Shown here in pieces: positions 39,430-50,989 of a stretch of DNA of 64,000 nucleotides. Made by a program: the position numbers and the translations under genes. Where the stretch lies: the NCBI GenBank assembly GCA_030390025.1, contig CM059431.1:152212001-152276000 (forward strand), read 5' to 3'. Below the pieces are notes generated by a model. The model made no database searches. It was given only the letters and a program-made list of their open reading frames with translations, and was not told where the DNA came from. Origin of the DNA: Squalus acanthias. Taxonomy: Eukaryota. Numbering within the stretch: position 1 is the stretch's first letter; every line of letters starts with the position of its first letter.

Positions 39430-41240
39430 CAGCGACTTTCAATTGGTTTCAACTAGCTTGGCAGAGAGATGGGCACAAATATGATGTTGTGGCAATACTG
39501 GAAACGTGGCTTAACAACGGCGAGGACAGGCCACTTAACATTTAAGGGCAAACGGTGTTCAGAAAAGATAGGGAAGGAAAAAAGGGAGGTGGAGTGGCAG
39601 TGCTGATTAAGGAAGACATTGTTGTGGTGGAGAGGGAGGATTTTCTTGAGGCGACTAGGAAATAATCCATTTGATTACATTTGAGTATAACGCTATTCGG
39701 AGTATTCTACAGGCCTCCAAATAGTCAGAGGAAGGTAGAGGAACAATTCTGCAGGGAAATCGCAGAGATATGCAAGAGCTATATAGTGGTGATATTGAGC
39801 GACTTTAATTACACAAATATAGATTGGGATAATGATAGGGTAAAGGGAAAGGTGGGGGAGGAATTTCTGAAATGTGTTCAGGAGATTTTACTTGACCAGT
39901 ATGTTTTTGGCTCAACTAGGGAGGAGTCATTGCTGGATCTGGTGCTGGGGAATGAGATGGGCCAGGTCGAACAAGTGTCTGTAGGAGAAGACTTGGGTCC
40001 GAGGAATTATCATATCATAAGATTTAGATTAAAAATGGAAAGGAGCAAAGAGCAATCTAGAGCGGAACTTCTAAACTGGAATAGGGCTAACTTCAATGAG
40101 ATGCGAAAAGTTCTAGCCAGGGTAAGACTGACAGGAAAAAATATAAGGGAACAATGGGTTATCTTTAAGGAGGAGATGTTCTAAGTACAGACTAGGTACA
40201 TTCCAACAAGAGGGAAGGGTAAGGGAAACAAAGCAAGGGCTCCTTGGATGACGAGGTAGATAGAGAATATGATGAAATAAAAAGAAGAGGATTTATGATG
40301 CATGTCAGGTGAATTCTTCAAGTGAGAACGAGACCAAATACAATAAGTTGAGAGGGGAAGTGAAGATGAAAATAAGATTGGCAAAGAGAGAATATGAGAG
40401 TAGAATGGCGGTTAACATAAAAGGGAACCCATAAATCTTCTACTGGCATGTAAAGATTAAGCGGGTAGTAAGAGGCGGTGTATGGACTATTAGAGACAAA
40501 GAAGGCGATATATGCTTAGAGGCGCAGGGCAAGGCTAGAATATTGAATGAGTACTTTTATCGGTGTTAACTTAGGAGGTGGCTGCTGACACAATATGGGT
40601 AGAAGTGGAAACGTTATAAGCGATGGAAGGAATGCGAATTAATAGACAGGATGTATTAGAAAGGCTGGGTATACTTGGAGTGGACACGTCGCCTGTTCCA
40701 GATGGCTTGCATCCCAGGTTGCTAACGGAATTGGGGAAGGAGTTAGCGGAAGGGCTTGCCATAAATTTCCAGACTTCCCTAGATGGGTAGAGGTGCCCGA
40801 GGAATGGAAAGTGGCAAATGTTATACCATTGTTCAAGAAATGGTGTAAGGACAATCCTAGTTACAACAGGCCAGTCAGCTGAACATCAGAGGTGGGTAAA
40901 GTACTAGAAACAAAAATGAAGGAAAACATTAACAGGCACTTTAAGAGAGGTTTAAGCTAATTAAGGTGAGCCAACGTGGATTTGTAAAAGGCTGAAGCTG
41001 TTTTACTAATCGAATTGAATTTTAAATGAATTAACAAAGAGGATTGATGATTGAATGCAATGGATGTTGTCTACATAGATTTTAGGAAGGCGTTTGACAA
41101 AGTACCAGAATGGTTTCGGGACTGGGTGATCTTATCTACAAGGACAGGTTGGAGAAGCAGGATTTGTTTTCATTAGTACACAGGAGGTTGAGGCCTGATT
41201 TGATAGAGTTGGACGAGATTATGACGGGTTTGGATAGGCT
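39430..41240 (+). mobile_element. Degenerate CR1 EN-RT with internal deletion
   Basis: GVFYRPPNS, DFNYTNIDW and LDLVLGNE motifs; paralogous to 55930-57965. Confidence 0.88.
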
Positions 41241-41407
41241 AGCAACGATTATGTACACCCGGGAAAAGCAGCAGACATCAAACACGAGGCACACAATGGA
41301 AGAAATGTTTCCTGATACCTGTTCAGTTTCGGTACAATAATTTGTTTTTCGTCCCAACTGAAAGAAGGCCATTCTAAAACGGAACTCGATCTGCAATTAA
41401 GCTCTAG

Positions 41408-42237
41408 TTAGGATAGGAAGCTCGGGTTTGATCTTCCTATTTTGTTAACCAAGTTCAGAATCAATGCCCAGGGAGATTTCACTAATCTCACCAACTCTTC
41501 CCTGAATCTGGTTTGGGTTGCTGCATAAATGCACGTGTTAGTACAGGAGCTCAAATACATGAGCATAAATCCGGTTGCAGAGGCGATGTATGCAGGAGAT
41601 GTATAATCGATTCGATCAAAAATGATCAGGGAGTTAATTGAATAACTAACGATACATGTCAGCCACAAAACCAAAAAACTGCCTGTTACACTGAACAGTA
41701 AAATGTGGGATTTCCTCCGGTTCGCCATCTCTGTATCGCTCTGATTCTCACTGCTGTGACCCCGGAGTCTCCTGCGGGCTCTACTGGACACTAAAAAACT
41801 TCTGATTGTCAAACAATTAAACAGTAATATCAAAGCGAAAGGAAGCCCTACAATCAAAAAACTTTCTAACCAGATGAATGCTGTACCAACAGACGTGGTA
41901 AAAAAGCCAATTTTCAAGCGGCAACCCCAGTGAATATTGTTAATTATTCGTTCAGTTTCATATGCAAACGAATAGGGGATATTATCTAAACAGAGCAGAA
42001 CAGAAACCGTTGTTATGACGGCGGCCGCCGTTCTCACTGTGCAATATTTCGTTTTAAACTTCTCAAAACTTATCGCGACATAGCGGTCAAATGTGAAGGT
42101 GACGGTAAAACACACGGACATATCGAGGGCAGCAGCATTCAAGCATATACGGAACCTACAGACGCAGTGTAGCTGAATAATGAATGTGGAAAGTGATATG
42201 TCAATACACGGTACAGCAGCACATTGACCATCATGAC
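41408..42237 (-). pseudogene. GPR139-like GPCR pseudogene (copy B)
   Basis: TM3-TM7 open (FTFDRYVAI, SCTNTCIY). 1-nt deletion near 42164 versus the intact copy. Homology stops at 42237, where CR1 sequence begins, so TM1, part of TM2 and exon 1 are missing. Confidence 0.88.
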
Positions 42238-42845
42238 GATCCTTAACTTCTTTTGATCGCCACAGATGGATCACATTTCCCGTGGAGTTCTCCATACTCA
42301 ATTGAATGTATTTCTGTTGAGAATTATGAAATATTTATTTAAATGCTAACCACTGCTTATCTCTACCTTTTAATCTATTTTTACAATCTACCTTTGCCAA
42401 CTCGCCCCTCATACGTATCTAATTGGCTTTATATCATTTTAAGATCTAGTTTCGAACTTAGGCAAATAAATCTCAAAATTAAAGTGAGTTTCTATCATAT
42501 TTTGACCACTCTGCCCTAGAGGATCCTTTACTATGAGATTGCTAATTAACCCTGTCTCATTACACAATACAAGATCTAAAATAGCCTGTTCCCTAGTTGG
42601 CTTCATGATGTACTGTTCTAGGAAATTTTCCCGAATGCATTCCATGAACTCGTCCTCCAGACTATCATAGCCAATTTGTTTTGTTCAGTCCATATGATGA
42701 TTAATGTCCGACACGATTATTGCATTACCTTTGTTGCAAGCTCCTACTATTTCGTGATTAATATTCTTTCCAACGGTATAGCTACTGTTTGCGGGCCAAA
42801 ATATTACTCCTACGAGTGTTTTCTGCCCCTTGTTATTCCTTAATT
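42238..42845 (-). mobile_element. CR1 endonuclease fragment abutting GPCR copy B
   Basis: ECIRENFLEQY...ILDLVLCNE in ORF 42439..42645. Confidence 0.85.
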
Positions 42846-43095
42846 TAGAATGACATCTCTTGAACAGTATTTGAAGTTCAACAGATTAAGATATGTGATG
42901 GGCGGCATATTTAACTTTAATTTCTGAAGCTAATAAACGGTAAAGGAAAGACTGTGCAGTAAAACTGAATAATAACAATGTCCTCAATGTATCTTATGAT
43001 GACTTTAACTTCTATAGCTAAAATCTAGCAAATGAGTCATTGTATGGTTCAAAGGAATGCACAGAATGTTGTAAAGTTGTTTAATGTTGAATAAA

Positions 43096-43483
43096 TTCTC
43101 ATTGAAACATATACAATTCTGACAAGTCTAGACAGACTGGATGCAGGGATGATGTTTCCACTGGCTGGGGGGTCTAGAACGATGTGTCACAGTCTCAGGA
43201 AACGGGGTAGGACATTTAGGACTGAGATGAGGAGAAATATCTTCACTCAGAGGGTGGTGAATCTGTTGAAATCTCTACCACAGAAGGCTGTGGAGGCCAA
43301 GTCACTGAATATATTTAAGAAGGGGATAGATAGATTTCTAGACACAAAAGGCATCATGTGGTATGGGGAGAGAGTGGGACTATGGGAATGAGATAGAGGA
43401 TCAGCCATGATCATATTGAATGTCGGAGCAGGCTCGAATGTCCGAAGGGTCTACTCTTGCTCTTATTTTTCTATGTTTCTATG
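43096..43483 (+). mobile_element. CR1 3' end
   Basis: FRTEMRRNIFTQRVVNL; tail ttctatgtttctatg. Confidence 0.85.
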
Positions 43484-43504
43484 CATCTAAATTCAATAAT
43501 TCTT

Positions 43505-43554
43505 TATCAGTCCTTTAATCTGATGAGTCCAGTGTTCAAGTTCCTGTTGGGGCG
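43505..43554 (+). pseudogene. tRNA-Lys(UUU) 3'-half remnant
   Basis: atcagtcctttaatctgatgagtccagtgttcaagttcctgttggggcg followed by the shared downstream flank (acttgaaagcagtg). Confidence 0.7.
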
Positions 43555-44263
43555 TTGCTTTTTTCAATGAAGACCACACTCACATCACACTTGAAAGCAG
43601 TGCCATTACAAAATGCCCTGACAAAGGAATCAGGGTTGCTTGCAAAAGTTGAAGATATATTAAGAAAATATTAGGAAATAAATTGTAATTGAAAAATCAG
43701 GTGTTGTGGTAAACATTTAACACGTAATAATGAGTCTAATTGCCACAGCAGGAAATGGACTGTTTCTGGGCCGTATATCGTATGTAAGATCAGCCATGAT
43801 CTTATTGAATGGCGGAGCAGGCTCGAGGGGCAGTCTTGCCTACTCCTGCTCCTATTTCTGGGGTTCCTTTTGAAGCTTTGCTTGCATTGTTTCCCCGTCC
43901 GTGTTTAGTCTTGCTCACCCAGTTCCCAGTGCACGCATTTGGACGGATTGCCTAATGGGTCTGCTACTGACAGGTTAAGCACATTTTCGCACTTACCTTA
44001 AAGTTGCAGTTAGCTCAAGATTACCAACTATTCCGTTCACTCGCTCAGCCCCGTTAAATGTGAAACATTAAAGTTTCTGCAGATGGTGGCGTGCGTGTGT
44101 GGAGGAGAGTCGTTGTGAAGTGATGCCTGTGGGAGGCAGAGAGAGTGGGTGTGTGAGTGAAATGCGCTTCACAGATCGGGTGACTGCAGAAGGAAATGCA
44201 GAATGTGAACAATGTAATTTTCAACATTAATCAGAGTAGGCCGCTGGTCAACGTCAAGCGTTT

Positions 44264-44327
44264 GCTCGTAGATAGCTGAATCGGTGGAACATGAGACATT
44301 TAATCTGATGGTCCCGTGCACAGGTCC
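44264..44327 (+). pseudogene. Highly decayed tRNA-Lys(UUU) remnant
   Basis: gatagctgaatcggtggaacatgagacatttaatctgatggtcc, lying within the shared flanks. Confidence 0.6.
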
Positions 44328-44849
44328 ATTTTATCTAATGAATCCGCAACCTAATTTACACTTGAAACCGTGCCATTGGAAAATACCCTGTCAAAAATCA
44401 AGTACGCCTGCAAAAAATTTAAATGTCGCAATAAAATATTAGAATATATATTATATTTTTTAAAAAACGGCTTTGTTGTGGCAAATCAAGGGATATCAGA
44501 ATCGGGCGTGAAAATGGAGTAGACGTCGAAGAGCAGCCATGATCTTATAGAATGGTGGAGTAGGCTCGAGGGGCCGTATGGCCTACACCTGCTCCTAATC
44601 CTTAGGTTTTTATGCTCTTTTCCCATTTTCGCACAGGGTTGCTTTTGTAGCTTTGCTTGCATTTGCCCCCCGTCCCTATTTAGTCTTGGTCACCCAGTTC
44701 CCGGTGCACGCATTTGGAAGGGTCTCTGAATGGGTCTCATACTTACATACATTGCATATCTTTGCACTGGCTCTAAAGTTTCACTTAACTCAAGATTATC
44801 AAATTTTACTTTCACCCACGTAACCCCATAAAACCCAAAACATTAAAGC

Positions 44850-47800
44850 GCAAATTAGTAATCATACTGTGAAGGAGGAATTCTTAGAGTCTATACGGGA
44901 TAGTTTCCTGGAGCAATATGTCGAGGAACCAACGAGAGATCAGGCCACCTTAGACTGGGTATTATGTAATGAGAAAGGATTAAGCAGCAATCTTGTGTAG
45001 AATTCGCAATTATCGCGATTTGATTAATAAGGAGAAAACACAAAGTTTCGTTCAAACAGCTTTTATTTCAGCAGAATGCTGTCAGGTTTAAATTGGACAC
45101 AAGCAGCCTGTAAAATGGCCGCCGCACCTCGTGACAGAACATTCTAGACTTTTCAACAGGCAGACAAGATGGCGTTCCATTAAACATTTTTGCAAGATCG
45201 ATAACGATTCAGCACAGTGAAGATAATACACGAGACATTATGGGTTTGCAGTATAAACATGGATACTGGAATCGGTTTTCCCAGGTACAAAGGAAAGCCA
45301 TTGTACCGAGTAATCAAGGGCCCATCCAAAGACATTAATATGTAAACTCCCAACGGCTCTACGATGAGAGAGCCGTTAGCAGGTAGTTATACAGGACACT
45401 TGGAAGCCCCAAACCCCTCCAGGGAGAACACCGACCGATTTAACAATGGGAGAAATATTAACAGGTACTCAAACATTCATGAGTAGCCCCGAAACCCATT
45501 AAGGACGGAGATCACCCATACAAGACATTTGGGCGCCAAACCCTAAACAAAAGAATGGACATTATAGTTGGGCGGGAAACGGAAGATTTTTGCACTATAA
45601 TTGCAGGCCCCAAACCGTCCATTCGCTCTCTTGACTCTTGTTCTTGCTCCTGCATTCGCTCGCTTGCTCCTGTGTTTTATCCGGTCGATTCGTAACCTCG
45701 TGGCTGCTCCTGTGTAAAAGACTGTTGAACTTTCTGATCCGTTCGGATCTACCTCGTGTCGCGTAACGAAGACCTATGTTGGTAACTGGCAGCGGAACCA
45801 AAGGCCCGAGATGAGATGAGATGAGATGAGAGGAGAAGAGAAGAAGACCATATCCATCGCCACGGTCAGTAAATCCCGACCGCGCCTGTAGGTCGATCAG
45901 CCAAGTCTTCTCGACAGGAAGTTTTCTTCTTTAAACTTCTAACAAGACATATTGCATCAATGATAACTGGACTGTGCAATCACATCGTATCAGTGATATT
46001 GACAACGGTGCTCCTCAACTAAACTGTGAAGTCAACCAACAGAGGTCTTCACTACAGCAGACGGTCCAGCCTACTAGCCCGAGCAGCAGGAAAGCCAGTA
46101 AACAAGTGGGACCAGGAGATCTCCTGACCGACACGTGGGTGCTGCGGTGAAAAACATCCGATCAGCTATTCGGGATTTCTCCGAGTTATTACGAGTGGTG
46201 AGCATGAGTCTCGAGATCCTACGAAGCTAGTTTAGGATAGATATTGATAGGGGAGGGTTTAAAGATTAAGGATATTTGTAATGTGTGCCCTATTTACGTT
46301 GTGCCGTTCGTTCCTCGTTTCCCTAAGAGTGATTATAACCGTTTGTAAGATTGTACTGTCATTAATCTGTGCGTATGACATGTATTTCATAATCTTAAGT
46401 ATCATGCAATAAAGATTTTCCATTTCGTACCGTTCAAACCAAGTCTACATGAGTTTTATCTCCATTACTGCTCTCGCATCTAAGTCCAGTGTCTCGAACC
46501 GTAAGGGAGAGTGATTCGAACCACTCACAGGTGTGTCTAGTGTTCCCAGACTGGCTGGAGACCAGGCCTAGACCCGCACTGACATACAGGCTGCACAGAG
46601 CCGCGTGAATCTCACAGGCTACGAGACACGCAGGGTCAGGAGAGAATCCCTTACACTTGTTGTGCGAGGCCCCTTGGGGAGGAGCATCATAATAGGATAG
46701 AATTCTTCATTAAGATGGAGAGTGAAGTAGTTGACTCAGAAGATAGGATCCTCTATTTAAATAAAGGAAACAACGATGGTATGAGGCCCGAGTTGGTAGG
46801 ATGGATTGGGGAACGTTACTTAAAGGGTTGACGTTGGATAGGCAATGGCACACATTTAAAGATCACATGGATGAACTACAGAATTTTTTCAACCCTGTTT
46901 GGCATAAAAATAAAACAAAAAAGGTGACTCATTCGTGGCTAACAAGGGAAATTAGGGATAGCAAAAGATCCAAGTAGAGGACATATAAATTGTCCAGAAA
47001 AAGCAGCAAACCTGAGGATTGGGAACAGTTTAGGATTCAGCAAAGGAGGACAAAGGGATTAATTAAGAGGGGGAGAGTAAGCTTCAGGGAACATAAACAC
47101 TGACTGTAAAATCTTCTATAGATATGTGAAGATAAAAAGATTGGTGAAGTCAAGCGTAGGTCCCTTGCAGTCAGAATCAGAGGATTTTATAATGGGGAAC
47201 AAAGAAATGGAGAACCAATTAAATACATTCTTTGGTTCTGTCTTCACAAAGGAGGACATAGATAAACTCCAAGAGATATCGGGGTACATAGGGTCTAATG
47301 AGAGGAAGGAATTGAATGAAATCAGTATTTGTAGGGAAATGGTTTTGGAGAAATTGACGGGATTGAAGACCGATAAATCCCCAGTGCCTGATAAACTGCA
47401 TCCTCGGGTACTTAAGGAAGTGGCCCTAGATATAATAGATGCATTGCTGGTCATCGTTCAAAATTCGATTAAAAAAATTGGAAGAGAAAAGACGCGGAAT
47501 AATAGACCGGTAAGCCTGACATCTGCAGTGTGCAAAATGCTCGAGTCCATTATAAAAGATGTAATAGCAGAGCACTTTGAAAACAGTGACAGGATCGGAC
47601 AAAGTCAACATGGATTTACAAAAGGTAAATCATGCCAGACTAATCTACTGAATTTTTTTGAGGATGTAACTGTTAGAATAGATCAGGGAGAACCAGTGGA
47701 TGTGGTGTATTTGGACTTTCAGAAGGCTTTCGATAAGGTCCCGCATAAGAGATTAGCGTGCAAAGTTAAAGCAAATGGGATTGGGGGGTAAGGGACAGAT

Positions 47801-48903
47801 TTGGATAGAGAACTGGTTGGCAGACAGGAAGCAAAGAGTTGGAATAAACGGTTCTTTTGCCGAGTGGCAGGCAGTGACTAGTGGGGTACTGCAGTGATCG
47901 GTGCTAGTACCCCAGCATTTCGCAATATATATTAATGATCTAGACGAGGGAACTAGATGTAATATCTCTAAGTTTGCAGACGACACAAAGCTGGGTGGGC
48001 GTGTGTGCTGTGAGGAGGATGCAGAGAAACTCCAGTATGATTTGGACTGGTTGGTTGATTGGGCAGATGCATGGCAGTTGCAGTATAATGGGCATAAATG
48101 CGAGGTTATCCACTTTGTTGTCAAAAAATAGAAGATTGATTATTATCTGAATGGCAATAGATTGGGAAAAGGGGAAGTGCAACGAGATCTGGGAGTCATT
48201 GTGCACCACTCGCTGAAGGTAAGCATGCAGGTGCAGCAGGCGGTGAAGAAGACAAATGGTATGTTGGCCTTCATAGCGAGAGGATTCGAGTACAGGAGTA
48301 AAGATGTCTTGCTGCAGTTGTACAAGGCCTTGGTAAGACCACGCCTTGAGTATTGTGTGCAGTTTTGGTCGCCCTTTCTGAGGAAGGATGGTCTTGCCAT
48401 GGATGGAGTGCAGCGAAGATTTATCAGATTGATACATGGGATGGCAGGAATGACGAATGAAGAGCGATTGGGTCGATTAGGCTTATATTCGCTAGAGTTT
48501 TGAAGAATGAGAGGGGATCTCATTGAAACATATACAATTCTAACAGGACTAGACAGACTAGATGCAGGAAGGATGTTCCCGATGGCGGGGGAGTCCTGAA
48601 CCAGAGGTCACATTTTAAGTATAAGGGGTAAGCCATTTAGGACTGAGATGAGAAGGAATATCTTCACCCAGAGAGTGGTGCACCTGTGGAATTCTCTACC
48701 ACAGAAGGCAGTTGAGGCCAATTCATTACATATATTCAAGAAGGAGATAGATATATTTCTTAAGGCTAAAGGGATCACGGGAAATGGGGAGAAAGCAGAG
48801 ACAGGGTACTGAATTTGGATGATCAGCCATGACCTCATTAAATGTTGGAGCAGGATCGAGGGGCCGACTGGCCTACTCCTGCTGCTATCTTCTATGCTTC
48901 TAT
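44850..48903 (+). mobile_element. CR1 EN-RT and 3' end, interrupted by a solo LTR
   Basis: ORFs 47126..47791 and 47901..48131 (KFADDTKLGG); tail tctatgcttctatg. Confidence 0.9.
44996..46655 (+). mobile_element. 1660-bp solo LTR (ERV or Gypsy type)
   Basis: TGTA...TACA termini; 4-bp TSD CTTG (44992-44995, 46656-46659). Removing it restores the CR1 sequence. TATAAT at 45596, AATAAA at 46408. Confidence 0.85.
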
Positions 48904-49099
48904 GCGTCTATGCGTGTAGATTCTGGGGAAGGGTGGGTGAGAGTATATATGAAGTAAAGCCTCTGGGAGACAGTGAGAGTGGGTGTATGAGAGAAAATCC
49001 CGGGACACAAGGGATTACTGCAGCAGCAAATGCAGGATGTGAATTATGTAATGCCAAATGTCAGCCAGTGAAGGTCGCTGTGTTATACTAAGGGTGAGA

Positions 49100-49172
49100 T
49101 ACCAAATCGCTCAGGCGGTATAACATCAGACCATTAATTTGAGAATCCAGGGTTCAAGTTCCTGTTTGGGCG
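49100..49172 (+). pseudogene. tRNA-Lys-derived pseudogene
   Basis: gctcaggcggtataacatcagaccattaatttgagaatccagggttcaagttcctgtttgggcg; anticodon loop mutated. Confidence 0.75.
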
Positions 49173-50328
49173 ATGCTTTTACATCAAAATTCTTAATTTC
49201 ATCTTTCATGCAACCCCTTAAAAACAAGCAATTCACGTGGATCCGATTATCACACCTTGATTATTTAAATAGAGCTTATTTTCAAAGAGCGGTGCTTTAA
49301 GGTACATTGATCAGCATTTTCGAGATGATCAATTCTTATTTTCATGCAGCCTCACGAAACACCAGTATCATAGAATCTTAGAGGGCACAGATTGAAGATG
49401 ATTGTCAGTTTTTTTTACACAATGAGTTATTGTGATCTGGAATGCTCTGCTTGAAAGTGTGGTGGGAGCAGATTCAATGATAACATTCAAAAGAGAATGA
49501 AGTGCATTCCAGATCATAAAAACTCACCGTGTACAACAAGTTCTCCTCATCTCGCTGCTGGGTCTTCTGCCAATCAACTTACGTCTGTGTCCCGTGGAGT
49601 ACCCACCTATCGACCACTGGAAACAGTTTCTCGTTATTTTCTCTATCAAGACGCCTCATAATTTTGAACATTGTGATTAATTTTTTAACCTTCTCTGCTC
49701 GAAGGCGAGCAACCCCAATTTCTCTCGTCTCCCCACATAGCTGAAGTCCCTCATCCCGGGTACCATCCCCGTAAATCTCCTCTGTACCCTAAATCCTTCC
49801 TAAAGTGTGGTGCCCAGAATTGGACACAATACTCCAGCTGGGGGCTAAGCAGTGTTTTATAAAGGTTTGGCTTGTCTGCAAGACGTCTCTGCCAATAAAG
49901 ACAAAGATCCCATATGCTCGTTTCTCATTATTGCACAGGTCTGCGTTTCAAGCTTTGCTTGCATCCCCCCCACCCCCACGCCCCGCCTTGTCCGTGTTCA
50001 GTCTAGCTCTCCCAGTTCCCAGTGCATGCTTTTGGAAAGATTTTCTAATGGGTCGATTACTGACATGTTGTGCACATCTTTGCAGTTACCTTAAGAGTAG
50101 CAGTTAGCTCAAGATCATCAATTTTTCCTTTCAGTCACGCAGACCCACAAAACAACACATTATAGAGCATGTAGGTGGTGGCGGTGGTGCAGGGGCTCTC
50201 AGGGTATTTGTGAAGTGTGGGTTTGCGAGAGAAATGCGCTGTACAGACGTGTTCAATAGAGAAGGATGTCAACGATGTAATGTTCACTGTCGGCTAGTGA
50301 ATGGCGCTGTGTTAGCTTCTGTGCGTGA

Positions 50329-50401
50329 GACCGGATAGCTCAGTCAGTGTAGCATCAGTCTTTTAATCTGAGGGAAGGGTGCTCAAATCCCTGTTAAATC
50401 G
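50329..50401 (+). pseudogene. tRNA-Lys(UUU) pseudogene
   Basis: gaccggatagctcagtcagtgtagcatcagtcttttaatctgaggg; 3' half decayed. Confidence 0.8.
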
Positions 50402-50565
50402 TTCCCTTTTGCCAATGAATACAACAAATAATTTACACTTGAAAGCTGTGACTTTAGAAAATACCCTATCAGAAGAATCAGGCTTGCTTTCACATTTTTC
50501 GTATATATTAGAATTGTATTTGAAAAATTTGGTGTTTTGGCAAACATTTATCAAATATTATGTTA

Positions 50566-50703
50566 TGTTGGTTGCGGGATAAATATTAGTCAGGACACCG
50601 GGGATAACTCCACTGCTCTTCTTCGAAATAGTACCATGGGATCATTGACGGCCACCTGAGAGAGCAGACAGGGCCTCCGTTTAACGTCTCATCTGAAAAA
50701 CGG
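50566..50703 (-). mobile_element. Deu-domain SINE fragment (SacSINE1/AmnSINE-like)
   Basis: rc matches the remembered Deu core (gatgagacgttaaac...ctctcaggtgg...gatcccatgg.actatttcgaagaagagcag...gtgtcctg). Confidence 0.7.
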
Positions 50704-50989
50704 AAGATGGGCTTTCATCTTCCAAAATTCTGTAGATTCTAGAACTGACTCAGTGGTTTGGAAGGTAGCAAATGTAACACCGCTGTTCAAGAAAGGAGGG
50801 TAAGAGAAACCAGGGAACTACAGGGCAGTTAGCCTGACATCGGTTGTTGGGAAAATGATGGAATCCATTGTTAAGGAAGTGGTATCAGGGCATTTAGAAT
50901 ATCATAACATAACTAGGTAGATTCAACATGGTTTGATGAAAGGGAACTCGTGTTTGACAAATTTATCAGAGTTTTTGAGGAATACATAA

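Noticed and set aside
41408..42301. 297-aa ORF as an intact GPCR
   Set aside because: Its N-terminus comes from CR1 sequence and an out-of-frame stretch; TM1 and TM2 are missing from the product.
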